A DNA stretch of 64,000 nucleotides. It comes from Hyphomicrobiales bacterium (lineage in GTDB: Bacteria; Pseudomonadota; Alphaproteobacteria; Rhizobiales; JACESI01). The stretch covers positions 11,409 through 75,408 of the forward strand of contig JACESI010000011.1 of the NCBI GenBank assembly GCA_013911885.1, read 5' to 3'. The position numbers were made by a program, and so were the translations under genes. Of the stretch, positions 24,839-33,561 are shown piece after piece. The notes under the pieces are model-generated. The model saw nothing but the letters and a program-made list of their open reading frames with translations, was not told the DNA's origin and made no database searches. How positions within the stretch are numbered: the stretch's first letter is position 1; the number at the start of each line of letters is the position of its first letter.

Positions 24839-25443
24839 GTATCGTGAAAACACCCGTCGCCCGCTCCGTTCTCTCCCATCGCACAGCACTCGCCGGACAG
24901 GGGATTGCGCTTCGCGAGAAGCCGCATCTGCCGAAATGCATCTTGCGCGGAACAATGAAAAAGCTCGACAAACTGACCAAAACCGTGTGCGAACTCGCCG
25001 CGCCGAAGGCCGGCAAGACGAATGCGAACCGGGCAGGCGCGCTGCATTGGATCGGCCCCGACAGTCTGCTTTTTGTTGGTGACGATGTGGCGGCGATGAC
25101 AAAAGTCGAAGCACTTACTGCTCATGCCGCCCACGATTTTGCCCATGCGCGCGCTGTGAGCAACAATTATACCGTGATCGAATGTTCAGGCCCGAAGGCG
25201 CGAGACGCGCTCCAGAAGCTCGCATCGCTTGATCTTCATCCCTCGGTTTTCCGGACCGCAGATGTGGCCGGAACTGTTTTCGGCCACGCGAATGTCGTTC
25301 TCGCGGCACGAGGCGAGGCGGTGTTCGACATCATCATCCGGCGGTCCCATGCCGATTATATGTGGTGCCTGATTGCTAATGCCGGCTATGAATTCGGCCT
25401 GCCGAAGGAACTCCCCGTGAGCGGAGAGATCCTGCGGGCGTGA
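24835..25443 (+). CDS. soxG: Sarcosine oxidase, gamma subunit
   Basis: 202 aa, ATGA-coupled to soxA. Size and position fit SoxG. Confidence 0.8.
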   Translation: MSIVKTPVARSVLSHRTALAGQGIALREKPHLPKCILRGTMKKLDKLTKTVCELAAPKAGKTNANRAGALHWIGPDSLLFVGDDVAAMTKVEALTAHAAHDFAHARAVSNNYTVIECSGPKARDALQKLASLDLHPSVFRTADVAGTVFGHANVVLAARGEAVFDIIIRRSHADYMWCLIANAGYEFGLPKELPVSGEILRA

Positions 25444-25508
25444 GGGATTGCTGCATCAAGCCCGTCTCTGGGGAGACGATTGCCGCCGGTCTTGCTTGGG
25501 TTCTTCCC

Positions 25509-27284
25509 TCAGGCGCTTTTCAGACGTTTCGCAAATTGTGCGCTCTCTTCAAGGAGGTTTTTTGCGTTTGTGCCGAGCCCTTGTGAAAGGTCGAGCATTT
25601 CCGCGATGGTAGTCTCCGCTTGCTGAACTGTGGCGGTGATTTCCGAAATCTGGCTGATCATCGTCTCTGCCGAGCGTGCCGACTGATTGAGCGACGTGTT
25701 CAGTTCGTCGGCGTTGCTGCGTTGCGCGGTTGTTTGGTCCGCCACCTTGTCTGATTGCGCCGCGAGTACAGAAATCGTTTCGGTAATCTTGGAAATTGCC
25801 GCAATCGCTTCGTTTGTAACCGATTGAATCTCTTCGGTCTGGGCTGAAATATCGACGGTCGCCCTTGATGTGCGGTCGGCGAGCTGCTTCACCTCCGAGG
25901 CAACGACCGAGAAGCCCTTACCTGCCTCGCCAGCACGCGCGGCTTCGATTGTCGCGTTAAGCGCGAGCAGGTTGGTCTGCTCCGCAACATCGCGAATAAG
26001 CTGAACCACTTCTCCGATCGACCGCGCACTGGTCGAAAGTTTGGCAAGGACCATGCCGGTCTGGCGCGCTTCTTCCGTTGCCGCATTGGCGGATTTGAGG
26101 GATTGCTGTGCGCTGTCGCCGATTTCCGCCACGACATTGTTCATTTTGCGCCCGAGGTCCGAGATCCGTTCGGCATGGGCTTTGACACTGACGCTTTCGC
26201 GCTCGGTCTGCATTGCCTTTTCGCTCGACAGGCGCGCGAGATTGGAGGTTTGAGCGCAGGAGGCACGCATGCGTTCGGCCTCACTCGAAAGCTGCTTTGC
26301 AAGACTGCCGACATTGGCATCAAACATGTCGGACATATCTTGAAGATTCTTGAGCGAGCGATCGAGTTTTTCTTTCTGCGCGCTGTTGTCCGCCTCGAGA
26401 TGCGAGCGCTCCCGCAAGACGGCCTGCATTTTTGCGATGGCACGGGCCACCACACCCACCTCGTCCTTGCGGTCCTGGTGCTCGATCGTGCCGCTGACAT
26501 TTCCCTCCAGAACATCGCCAATCCGGTTCGAGAGCGATTGAAGCGGAGCTGCAACGCCTTTGCTGATCACGAACAGAATACCGATCGCTATCGAGGATAA
26601 AGCGGCGATCGCTGCGATGATGCCAGTGGCGCGGCTTTGTCCCGCCGCAATGATGTCGGTGACATCGTTTTCAACTGTCACGACACCGCGCACGTCGCCA
26701 ACTTTCCAATCTTTCTTGGGCGAATCCGGATGGGCATTATGGCAAGCGACACAGCCCTCTTCCATGCGGTCGACGGTCGCAACGCGGATAAATTGCCTGC
26801 CATTGCGCTCGCTATACGCACTGATTGTCTTGTCCGGGTTTTGGACGAGTTCAGACCAGGCCTTCTGCTCGAAATCATCCATGGCCCGTCCATTGCGGCT
26901 CGGCCACGGATAGGGGCTCGCAATGCTGATCCGGTTTCCTGTGTCGAGCTGGCCTACGAAATCAAGGAGAAATGAAGTCGGAACCGGGATCGCGTTCAGT
27001 TTCTCTGCGGCGTCTGGTCCAAGGTTTGTGCCCTGCGCGGCCCTTACATGGCTGCTGACATTTGAGGAGTAGAATTTCCTGAGCGTTTTCAACTCATTAA
27101 CCGTCTTGATCGACTCAGCTGTGCTGATCGCGAAAGACGCGTTCTTGTAAGACGCCAAGAGATAGAAAAACAGGAACCCGATTAATAAGAAAAACAGGAT
27201 TGGAATCGGCAGGATTATTTTCCAGAAGAAGGAAAATTTTACCTTCGATTTCTCATCTTTGGCGACCGCATTGAATGTGTTCAT
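25509..27284 (-). CDS. Methyl-accepting chemotaxis protein with periplasmic c-type-haem (CxxCH) sensor domain
   Basis: TM1 at about aa 20-45 and TM2 at about aa 215-240. The periplasmic region contains CVACH (nt 26739-26753) in a DUF3365-like context (...[18 protein letters not shown]). HAMP plus the conserved MCP signalling hairpin ([32 protein letters not shown]). Confidence 0.9.
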   Translation of the reverse strand: MNTFNAVAKDEKSKVKFSFFWKIILPIPILFFLLIGFLFFYLLASYKNASFAISTAESIKTVNELKTLRKFYSSNVSSHVRAAQGTNLGPDAAEKLNAIPVPTSFLLDFVGQLDTGNRISIASPYPWPSRNGRAMDDFEQKAWSELVQNPDKTISAYSERNGRQFIRVATVDRMEEGCVACHNAHPDSPKKDWKVGDVRGVVTVENDVTDIIAAGQSRATGIIAAIAALSSIAIGILFVISKGVAAPLQSLSNRIGDVLEGNVSGTIEHQDRKDEVGVVARAIAKMQAVLRERSHLEADNSAQKEKLDRSLKNLQDMSDMFDANVGSLAKQLSSEAERMRASCAQTSNLARLSSEKAMQTERESVSVKAHAERISDLGRKMNNVVAEIGDSAQQSLKSANAATEEARQTGMVLAKLSTSARSIGEVVQLIRDVAEQTNLLALNATIEAARAGEAGKGFSVVASEVKQLADRTSRATVDISAQTEEIQSVTNEAIAAISKITETISVLAAQSDKVADQTTAQRSNADELNTSLNQSARSAETMISQISEITATVQQAETTIAEMLDLSQGLGTNAKNLLEESAQFAKRLKSA

Positions 27285-27418
27285 GGAAGAAGCTTGCTCA
27301 GGTTTGGCTTATTCGGAAACATTCTGCTGTTTTGGTTAACAATCCTTTAGTGCGGGCTTAACCGCCTCGCCGAAAGTTAAGATTTATGACACCTGGTGAG
27401 GGCCATTCACTGAGCGCT

Positions 27419-29461
27419 TCAGGAGGAAGCGCGCTGGCGGCGGCGCGCCCGTGCCCCGCGCGTCGGATCGTCGTTGACCGCGCTGCGCTCCGGCAGGTTC
27501 ACGACACGTGCAAGATTCGGAAAGCTCTCCGTCTTGTTGGGCAGCGCCATCGCACTCACGAAATGGCGTTGGAAGTCTGGTTCGAGCGCGGTTTCGATCT
27601 TTTCGATCCGCCCGACCATGGTCTCGATTTCGCGCCGGTAGCTTTGGTTCAAAAGCGCCATGCGCGCCCCGGTCCCCGCCGCGTTGCCGACAGCGCTCAC
27701 CTGATCGAGCGGACAATCCGGGATCAGACCCAGAACCATCGCATATTTCGGGTCGATGAAATTGCCGAACGCGCCTGCAAGCTTGATCCGGCTCACATGA
27801 TCGACGCCGAGTTTGTCCATCAGCAGTTTGACGCCTGCATAAAGGGCGGCCTTGGCAAGTTGGATCGCGCGAACATCGGTCTGCCTGATCAGCAGGTCCG
27901 GATTACCGTTTTCACCGCGCCAGGCGACATAAGCGAACGTCCGGCCTTCCGCGATCACGCGGTCGGAGCGCGCAGCCATTGCGCCATCGATGATGCCGTC
28001 TTCGGTGATGATACCGGCAAGAAACATTTCAGCGATCGTCTCGATGATGCCGGAACCGCAAATTCCGGTGACGCCGGTCTGCTTGATCTCATCGGCAAAG
28101 CCGTCCTCATCCGACCATTTTTCCGATCCGATCACGCGAATGCGGGGTTCCAGCGTTTCCGTGTCGATGCGGATGCGCTCGATTGCGCCGGGTGCGGCGC
28201 GCTGGCCGCACGAGATCTCCGCCCCTTCGAAAGCCGGACCCGTGGGCGAGGAGGCGGCGACGGTGCGCGCCTTCGAGCCGAGGATGATTTCGGCATTCGT
28301 TCCGATGTCAACGAGGAGCGTGACCGCATCCTCTTCATAAGGCCGCTCGGCGAGTGTCGCTGCTGCGGCATCGGCCCCGACATGGCCGGCGATACAGGGC
28401 AGCATATAGACCCGCGCCCCAGGGTTAAGGTCGAGGCCGAGGGTGGCTGCCGGAAGATCGAGCGCCCCGGATAGCGCAAGCGCAAAAGGCGCCTGTCCGA
28501 GTTCGGTCGGGTCAAGTCCGAGAAAAAGATGATGCATGATCGGATTGCCGACAAAGACGGCTTCCAGAATATCGTTGCGCGCCACGCCGGACTGGCTGCA
28601 TATATCCTCGATCAGCCCGCTGATCGCCTCGCGCACGACACGGGTCAGCGCCGCATCGCCGCCGGGATTCATCATCACATAGGAGACCCGCGACATCAGG
28701 TCTTCGCCAAAGCGGATCTGCGGATTGGCAACACCGGCGGAAGCAAGGGTCTCGCCGGTCATCATGTCTGAGAGATGCATTGCGATGGTGGTGGAGCCGA
28801 TATCACAGGCAAGACCGTAAAGCGTCTCGCGATAGCCGGGCCAAAGTGCGGTCACTGTCGCGGTGTTCTTGCCTGCGTGGACAGCGGCGGTTACCGCCCA
28901 TTTGCCCTTGCGCAGGATTGTCTGCAGATCGCGGTAAAGGTGAAAATCAAGCGTGAGGTGCTCATAGCCCCATTCGTCCTCAAGGGTGCGCAAAAGCCGG
29001 TCGCTGTCGCCAAGCGGCTTGTGCATATCCGGCTCTTCGATCTCGACATAGTGCAGACGGGTCGCGGGGTCGCGGGCGATGATGCGGGTATCGACGGCCT
29101 TGCGCACCATCTGATTGTTGGCACTTGCTGCCTGCGGAATGTCGATGACGATGTCGCTGAGAATTCTCGACGAGCAGGAAAGCCGCCGGTCATCACCAAG
29201 ATCGCGCTTCGACTTGTAGCGCGCCTCGGTATCGGAAAAGGCTGAAAGGTGGTCAGCGCTCGAAATGATGCCGTGTTTAGCGAAATGACCTTCTGCAACG
29301 CTGACCTGGCATTTGCCGCAAATTCCGCGCCCACCGCAAACACTCTCGACATAAACCCCGAGCGTGCGGGCGGCCTCGAGTACGGGGGTGCCGATGGCGA
29401 CGCGACCGCGCTTGCCGGACGGCATGAAGAGGACAAGGGCGTTTTTCTGGCTCGTGGTCAT
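27419..29461 (-). CDS. Reductive activator of corrinoid proteins (RACo/RamA-like: plant-type 2Fe-2S ferredoxin + ASKHA ATPase, DUF4445)
   Basis: Start trimmed to ATG 29461 (MTTSQKNALVLFMPSGK...). N-terminal ferredoxin Cys pattern CGGRGICGKCQV. Large ASKHA-like body (DIGSTTIAMHL..., VDIGTNAEI...). Last enzyme gene of the corrinoid operon. Confidence 0.85.
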   Translation of the reverse strand: MTTSQKNALVLFMPSGKRGRVAIGTPVLEAARTLGVYVESVCGGRGICGKCQVSVAEGHFAKHGIISSADHLSAFSDTEARYKSKRDLGDDRRLSCSSRILSDIVIDIPQAASANNQMVRKAVDTRIIARDPATRLHYVEIEEPDMHKPLGDSDRLLRTLEDEWGYEHLTLDFHLYRDLQTILRKGKWAVTAAVHAGKNTATVTALWPGYRETLYGLACDIGSTTIAMHLSDMMTGETLASAGVANPQIRFGEDLMSRVSYVMMNPGGDAALTRVVREAISGLIEDICSQSGVARNDILEAVFVGNPIMHHLFLGLDPTELGQAPFALALSGALDLPAATLGLDLNPGARVYMLPCIAGHVGADAAAATLAERPYEEDAVTLLVDIGTNAEIILGSKARTVAASSPTGPAFEGAEISCGQRAAPGAIERIRIDTETLEPRIRVIGSEKWSDEDGFADEIKQTGVTGICGSGIIETIAEMFLAGIITEDGIIDGAMAARSDRVIAEGRTFAYVAWRGENGNPDLLIRQTDVRAIQLAKAALYAGVKLLMDKLGVDHVSRIKLAGAFGNFIDPKYAMVLGLIPDCPLDQVSAVGNAAGTGARMALLNQSYRREIETMVGRIEKIETALEPDFQRHFVSAMALPNKTESFPNLARVVNLPERSAVNDDPTRGARARRRQRASS

Positions 29462-29509
29462 GATCTCGATATGCCGATTTTCAGACGATCCGCAAGGCAA
29501 TCCTCTCGC

Positions 29510-30445
29510 CTAGGCACCGCCGACACGTCCCGCGCGCCCGCCACGGCGTCTGCCGCCCGTTGAGGCGGCATTCGGATCTGCGCCCGGTGTCGGCTCGCGG
29601 TAGGTTTTGATCCATGTGGCGCAATGTTCATCGGTCGACATCAGCACATTCGCCGCGCGCACCATTTCCATTTCCTGCGGGCGGCACGGGTTCATGATCG
29701 CCGATGTCATCCCCGAGGCAATCGCCATCGGCAGGAAAGCCGCGTTGATCGCATGGCGATGCGGCAGGCCGAAAGAAACATTCGAGGCACCGCAGGTGGT
29801 ATTGACGCCAAGTTCTTCGCGCAGGCGCCGCACAAGGCGGAAAACCTGAAGCCCGGCCGTGCCCATCGCGCCAATCGGCATGACCAGCGGATCGACAATG
29901 ATGTCATGCGGCTTGATGCCATAATCGGCGGCGTGCTCGACAATGCGCTTTGCGACTGCGAAACGCACGTCCGGGTCCTCGGAAATGCCGGTCTCGTCGT
30001 TCGAGATCGCAACAACCGGCACGTTGTATTTCTTGATCAAGGGAAGGATTGCCTCGAGCTTTTCGACCTCGCCGGTAACGGAGTTGACGAGGGGACGGCC
30101 TTCAGTGACCGCAAGTCCGGCAGCAAGGGCGGAAGTCACGGACGAATCGATGGAAATCGGAAGATTGGTGAGGCTCTGGACAAGTTTCAATGTCTGCACC
30201 AGAAGCGGCGGCTCGGTCTCGTTCGGGTTCACCGCCGTCACCCCGGCATTAACATCGAGCATTGTCGCGCCCGCGGCAACCTGTTCGAGCACATCCCTGG
30301 TCACCGTGTCGAAATTGCCGGCTTTCATTTCCTCGGCGAGCTTCTTGCGCCCGGTCGGGTTGATCCGCTCGCCGATGACGCAAAAAGGCTGGTCGAAACC
30401 GATATGGATTTCCCTGGATTTGGAGGCAACAAGCGTGCGCGTCAT
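29510..30445 (-). CDS. Methyltetrahydrofolate:corrinoid methyltransferase (pterin-binding/MtrH-like domain)
   Basis: Start trimmed to ATG 30445, preceded by AAGGA. Pterin-binding TIM-barrel signatures (VIGERINPTGRKKL, MLDVNAG, SIDS, NSV, GASNVSFGLP). Confidence 0.85.
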   Translation of the reverse strand: MTRTLVASKSREIHIGFDQPFCVIGERINPTGRKKLAEEMKAGNFDTVTRDVLEQVAAGATMLDVNAGVTAVNPNETEPPLLVQTLKLVQSLTNLPISIDSSVTSALAAGLAVTEGRPLVNSVTGEVEKLEAILPLIKKYNVPVVAISNDETGISEDPDVRFAVAKRIVEHAADYGIKPHDIIVDPLVMPIGAMGTAGLQVFRLVRRLREELGVNTTCGASNVSFGLPHRHAINAAFLPMAIASGMTSAIMNPCRPQEMEMVRAANVLMSTDEHCATWIKTYREPTPGADPNAASTGGRRRGGRAGRVGGA

Positions 30446-30514
30446 CGAAACATCCTTGCGATGGGGCGGTGGCCCGAAAGACACCGACACAGTGAAATTG
30501 GAAAGGGCGATGAA

Positions 30515-31444
30515 TCAGGCGTGGCCAGAGCTAGTTTCATTACCGTATAAAGATATCTTTATATTCCAACTTCCTCGTTGTGCAAGCCATTCCGCTGATT
30601 TATTTACACCGCCGAAGGGAAACACATGCATCTGTGCCACAGGCCCATCGGGATTTTCCTGCCAGAATTTTTCGATCGGCTTCACCACGGGTTCGGGGGA
30701 GGGTGTGGTCGCGAGAGCCGTCAGCGCGCCAGCGCGCTTTTTCAGGAATTTCATCGAGTTGCCGATACCGGCAATCGCAGCGAAGCGCAGCAGCGTCGTC
30801 ATCTTGGCCGGACCGGCGACACCGAGGTGGATCGGCAGGTTGATACCGATGGCCTTCACATGCCAGGCCCAGTTGGCAAAGGCCTCGCCGTCGAAACCAA
30901 ACTGCGTCACGATCCGCATTTGTGCATTGGTTTCGCTCTGGAAATCGGCCTTTTCCCTCAGGATTGGATAATCCTGGCCCTTTGGGGCCGAAGGGTTGCC
31001 TTCCGGGTGGCCGCCGACTGCGATGAATTTGATGCCGTTGCGCTCCATCACGCCAGAGCGCAGGATATCCATGGTCGAAGCATAGGGCCCCATCTGCCGG
31101 TTCGGTTCGCCCGCAACGATGAGTACGTCGTCAAGACCCGCCTCCTGTGTCAGTCGCTTGATGTGGCTTTCCAGTTCCGCGGCACTGTTGAGGCGGCGGG
31201 CGGCAATGTGCTGAACCGGGCGGTAACCGGCATCGGTCAACCGGCGGGCAACAGTCGCAAGCTCAAGATGGCTGTGATTGCCGATATCGGTGATGTAGGT
31301 TCGGGTGCCCGGCGGAAAAAGCCCGGCCGGGGCGCCTTCCGCCAGGATGGCCTTGGGTGAAATCTCGATCGAAGCCGGGATAAAGGCGTTTGCCGCGCTC
31401 ATTGGAATACTGCCGGGTGTAAGATCAAGCGCCTTGATCCCCAT
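30515..31444 (-). CDS. metF: Methylenetetrahydrofolate reductase (MetF family)
   Basis: ATG 31444 lies 8 nt downstream of a perfect GAGGAGG. About 309 aa with MetF-like segments (EISPKA..., GGHPEGNP..., QFGFD). Confidence 0.8.
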   Translation of the reverse strand: MGIKALDLTPGSIPMSAANAFIPASIEISPKAILAEGAPAGLFPPGTRTYITDIGNHSHLELATVARRLTDAGYRPVQHIAARRLNSAAELESHIKRLTQEAGLDDVLIVAGEPNRQMGPYASTMDILRSGVMERNGIKFIAVGGHPEGNPSAPKGQDYPILREKADFQSETNAQMRIVTQFGFDGEAFANWAWHVKAIGINLPIHLGVAGPAKMTTLLRFAAIAGIGNSMKFLKKRAGALTALATTPSPEPVVKPIEKFWQENPDGPVAQMHVFPFGGVNKSAEWLAQRGSWNIKISLYGNETSSGHA

Positions 31445-31766
31445 TTTCAAAACCTCCTCGTTCGATCAGCATTTTGACGCGCTCCTTCGGATACGCCGCC
31501 TCAATTGCTGCCGCCGCGCTCGCCGCCTCGGCTTCCAGATCGTCGCCGCAGGCTTCCGGATCGCTTTTGCGCCATTGTTCGAGATAGTCATCCGTCTGAT
31601 CGAGACCGGCGCGCATGGCGCAGGCATCAATCGCCGTGATGAACCGCTTGTCGAGTTCCCGCTTTGCACTGACCCGTCCGGCCTTGCAGATCACCTGCGC
31701 CGGAATGTCCCGCCAATAGACGATCACCTTCTGGGCGGCATTTCGGCTATTGCTGGAACGGGGCAT
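31425..31766 (-). CDS. Small conserved hypothetical protein, resembling the family annotated 'virulence factor' that co-occurs with metF/corrinoid MT genes
   Basis: 113-aa ORF with AGGAGG 7 nt upstream of ATG 31766. Its 3' end overlaps the metF start. The family assignment is from memory only. Confidence 0.6.
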   Translation of the reverse strand: MPRSSNSRNAAQKVIVYWRDIPAQVICKAGRVSAKRELDKRFITAIDACAMRAGLDQTDDYLEQWRKSDPEACGDDLEAEAASAAAAIEAAYPKERVKMLIERGGFENGDQGA

Positions 31767-31863
31767 TTCAAGACCTCCTGATATCGATGATAGCGCTTAC
31801 ATGCGCCGTTTTCTGATGCTGGCGCGACATGTCTGCGTCGGTTATAGAGCTTAGTCGGAATCC

Positions 31864-32598
31864 TTAAGGGCGCAAATCGGCAATTGCGGCTGAAAGGTCG
31901 CCATAGCCCGTCGGGCGGTGCTCGAACTCGAGCCCGAGTTTTGCAGCAATTGCCCGGGCCCGGTCAAGCAGGTCAGGGTCCTCGGCCTGCGACAAAAACA
32001 CAACTTTTTCATATGCGCCGAAATAGGCGTCGCGCAATTCCGGGTGGCGATCAAGGCCGAGCGGACGGAAGGTGAGGGCGTCGAAATGGCGGGCAAGAAA
32101 ATCAGTCAGAAAAAACGAACGCATATCCAGATCACCGCGTGCGGTGAACGCTTCGGCGCCGCTGAAAAACGCATAGCAATGCGCGCCGGGAAGGCGGGCA
32201 ACCCCCTCCTTTTCCAGAAGCGCATCAAGAAGGCCGCCCGTCCCGCAATCGGCGTAACCGCAGAACACGCTTGTGAACCCCGCAGCACGCGCCTCGGCAA
32301 TCGCGCGCGCCATCTCCGGCACGATTTTTTGCGGCGTGTTGTGGAGTTTGGCCGGAAGGCAGGTGAGCGCGACATGCTCAAGCCGGTTGATTGCCAATAT
32401 GTCGAGGATTTCGCGGGCCAGAGCCCCGCAGGCAATCACGCAGACCCGATCGGGCGTCGGCGCAAGCGTATAGGCGGGTGCGCCTTTTTCGATGAGAAAG
32501 TCGAAATCATTCGGCCGCAGTTCACCAATCCTGCCCGCCCGCCCGCCTTTGCGGGATGGGCGCGCGCGCCTCTCTCCCCCGCGCAGGTCGGGAGGCAT
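31864..32598 (-). CDS. DUF1638 domain-containing protein
   Basis: Core VCVIACGALAREI...CGYADCGTGG resembles DUF1638 proteins found in corrinoid methyltransferase clusters. I chose ATG 32598, 2 nt after the corrinoid-protein stop. The track ORF extends to a TTG at 32676, so the start is uncertain. Confidence 0.7.
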   Translation of the reverse strand: MPPDLRGGERRARPSRKGGRAGRIGELRPNDFDFLIEKGAPAYTLAPTPDRVCVIACGALAREILDILAINRLEHVALTCLPAKLHNTPQKIVPEMARAIAEARAAGFTSVFCGYADCGTGGLLDALLEKEGVARLPGAHCYAFFSGAEAFTARGDLDMRSFFLTDFLARHFDALTFRPLGLDRHPELRDAYFGAYEKVVFLSQAEDPDLLDRARAIAAKLGLEFEHRPTGYGDLSAAIADLRP

Positions 32599-32600
32599 CG

Positions 32601-33299
32601 TCAGGAAGCGCGGCTGTTGTGGCGTCGCGCGATCAGATTTTTCGCGGTTTCGACAGCCACGGCCGCGTCCCGGCAATAAGCATCAGCGCCAACGGCCGCA
32701 CCGAATTCCTCGTTGAGTGGTGCGCCACCGACAAGCACGATATAATCATCGCGAATGCCGATTGCCTTCATCTGGTCGATCACGACCTTCATATAGGGCA
32801 TGGTCGTCGTCAGCAGCGCCGACATGCCAAGAATATCCGGTTTGTGCTCATTGAGGGCTGCGATGAATTCGTCGGCGTCGGTGTTGATGCCGAGATCATA
32901 AACATCAAAGCCCGCACCTTCCATCATCATGCCGACCAGGTTCTTGCCGATATCGTGAATATCGCCCTTGACCGTGCCCGTCACCATCGAGCCGAGCTTC
33001 GGCGCGCCGGTTTCAACGAGAAGCGGACGCAGGATGAACATGCCCGCTTTCATAGCATTGGCGGCGAGAAGCACTTCCGGCACGAACAGAATACCGTCGC
33101 GAAAATCATTGCCGACAATCCGCATACCCTCGACCAATGATTTGGTGAGAACGTCATAAGGCGTCCATCCGCGCTCCAGAAGGATGTTGGTCCCCTCTTC
33201 GATTTCCTCTTTGAGGCCATCGTAAAGATCATCCATCATTTGTGCGACAAGGTCATCGTCGGAGAGTTCGGAAAGAATAATTTCATCTTCATCGGACAT
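32601..33299 (-). CDS. Corrinoid (cobalamin-binding) methyl-carrier protein (B12-cap + Rossmann B12-binding domain)
   Basis: 232 aa. Contains the base-off/His-on DxHxxG motif (GDIHDIGKNLV) followed by SALLTTT and GGAP(L), as in MtgC/MtbC/MetH cobalamin domains. Confidence 0.9.
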   Translation of the reverse strand: MSDEDEIILSELSDDDLVAQMMDDLYDGLKEEIEEGTNILLERGWTPYDVLTKSLVEGMRIVGNDFRDGILFVPEVLLAANAMKAGMFILRPLLVETGAPKLGSMVTGTVKGDIHDIGKNLVGMMMEGAGFDVYDLGINTDADEFIAALNEHKPDILGMSALLTTTMPYMKVVIDQMKAIGIRDDYIVLVGGAPLNEEFGAAVGADAYCRDAAVAVETAKNLIARRHNSRAS

Positions 33300-33321
33300 A
33301 GCGGCGGTCTTTCGGGATCTG

Positions 33322-33346
33322 GCACGATCAGACTGAATAATCGTGC
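33322..33346. promoter_or_regulatory. Inverted repeat GCACGAT-N11-ATCGTGC in the divergent corrinoid-protein/mttB control region (candidate operator)
   Basis: Read directly. Lies 23 nt upstream of the corrinoid-protein ATG. Its function is not established. Confidence 0.3.
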
Positions 33347-33561
33347 GTAATCATTTCTCTTTGAAGCTGCAAGCAAAACCATTCCAAAGCCAGAGAAATA
33401 GCGTAGCGCTGATTTTGCCCGGAAAGTGTGTGTGGCGCGGCACGACAGGGCGCAAATAAGCTATTGCGGAAAACTGGCATCTCTAGTCTGAATAGGCGAA
33501 GCACGGCGACCGACCGCCACAGGCAAGCGCATGCAAAACTTTATCAGACGGGCAAGAATCG

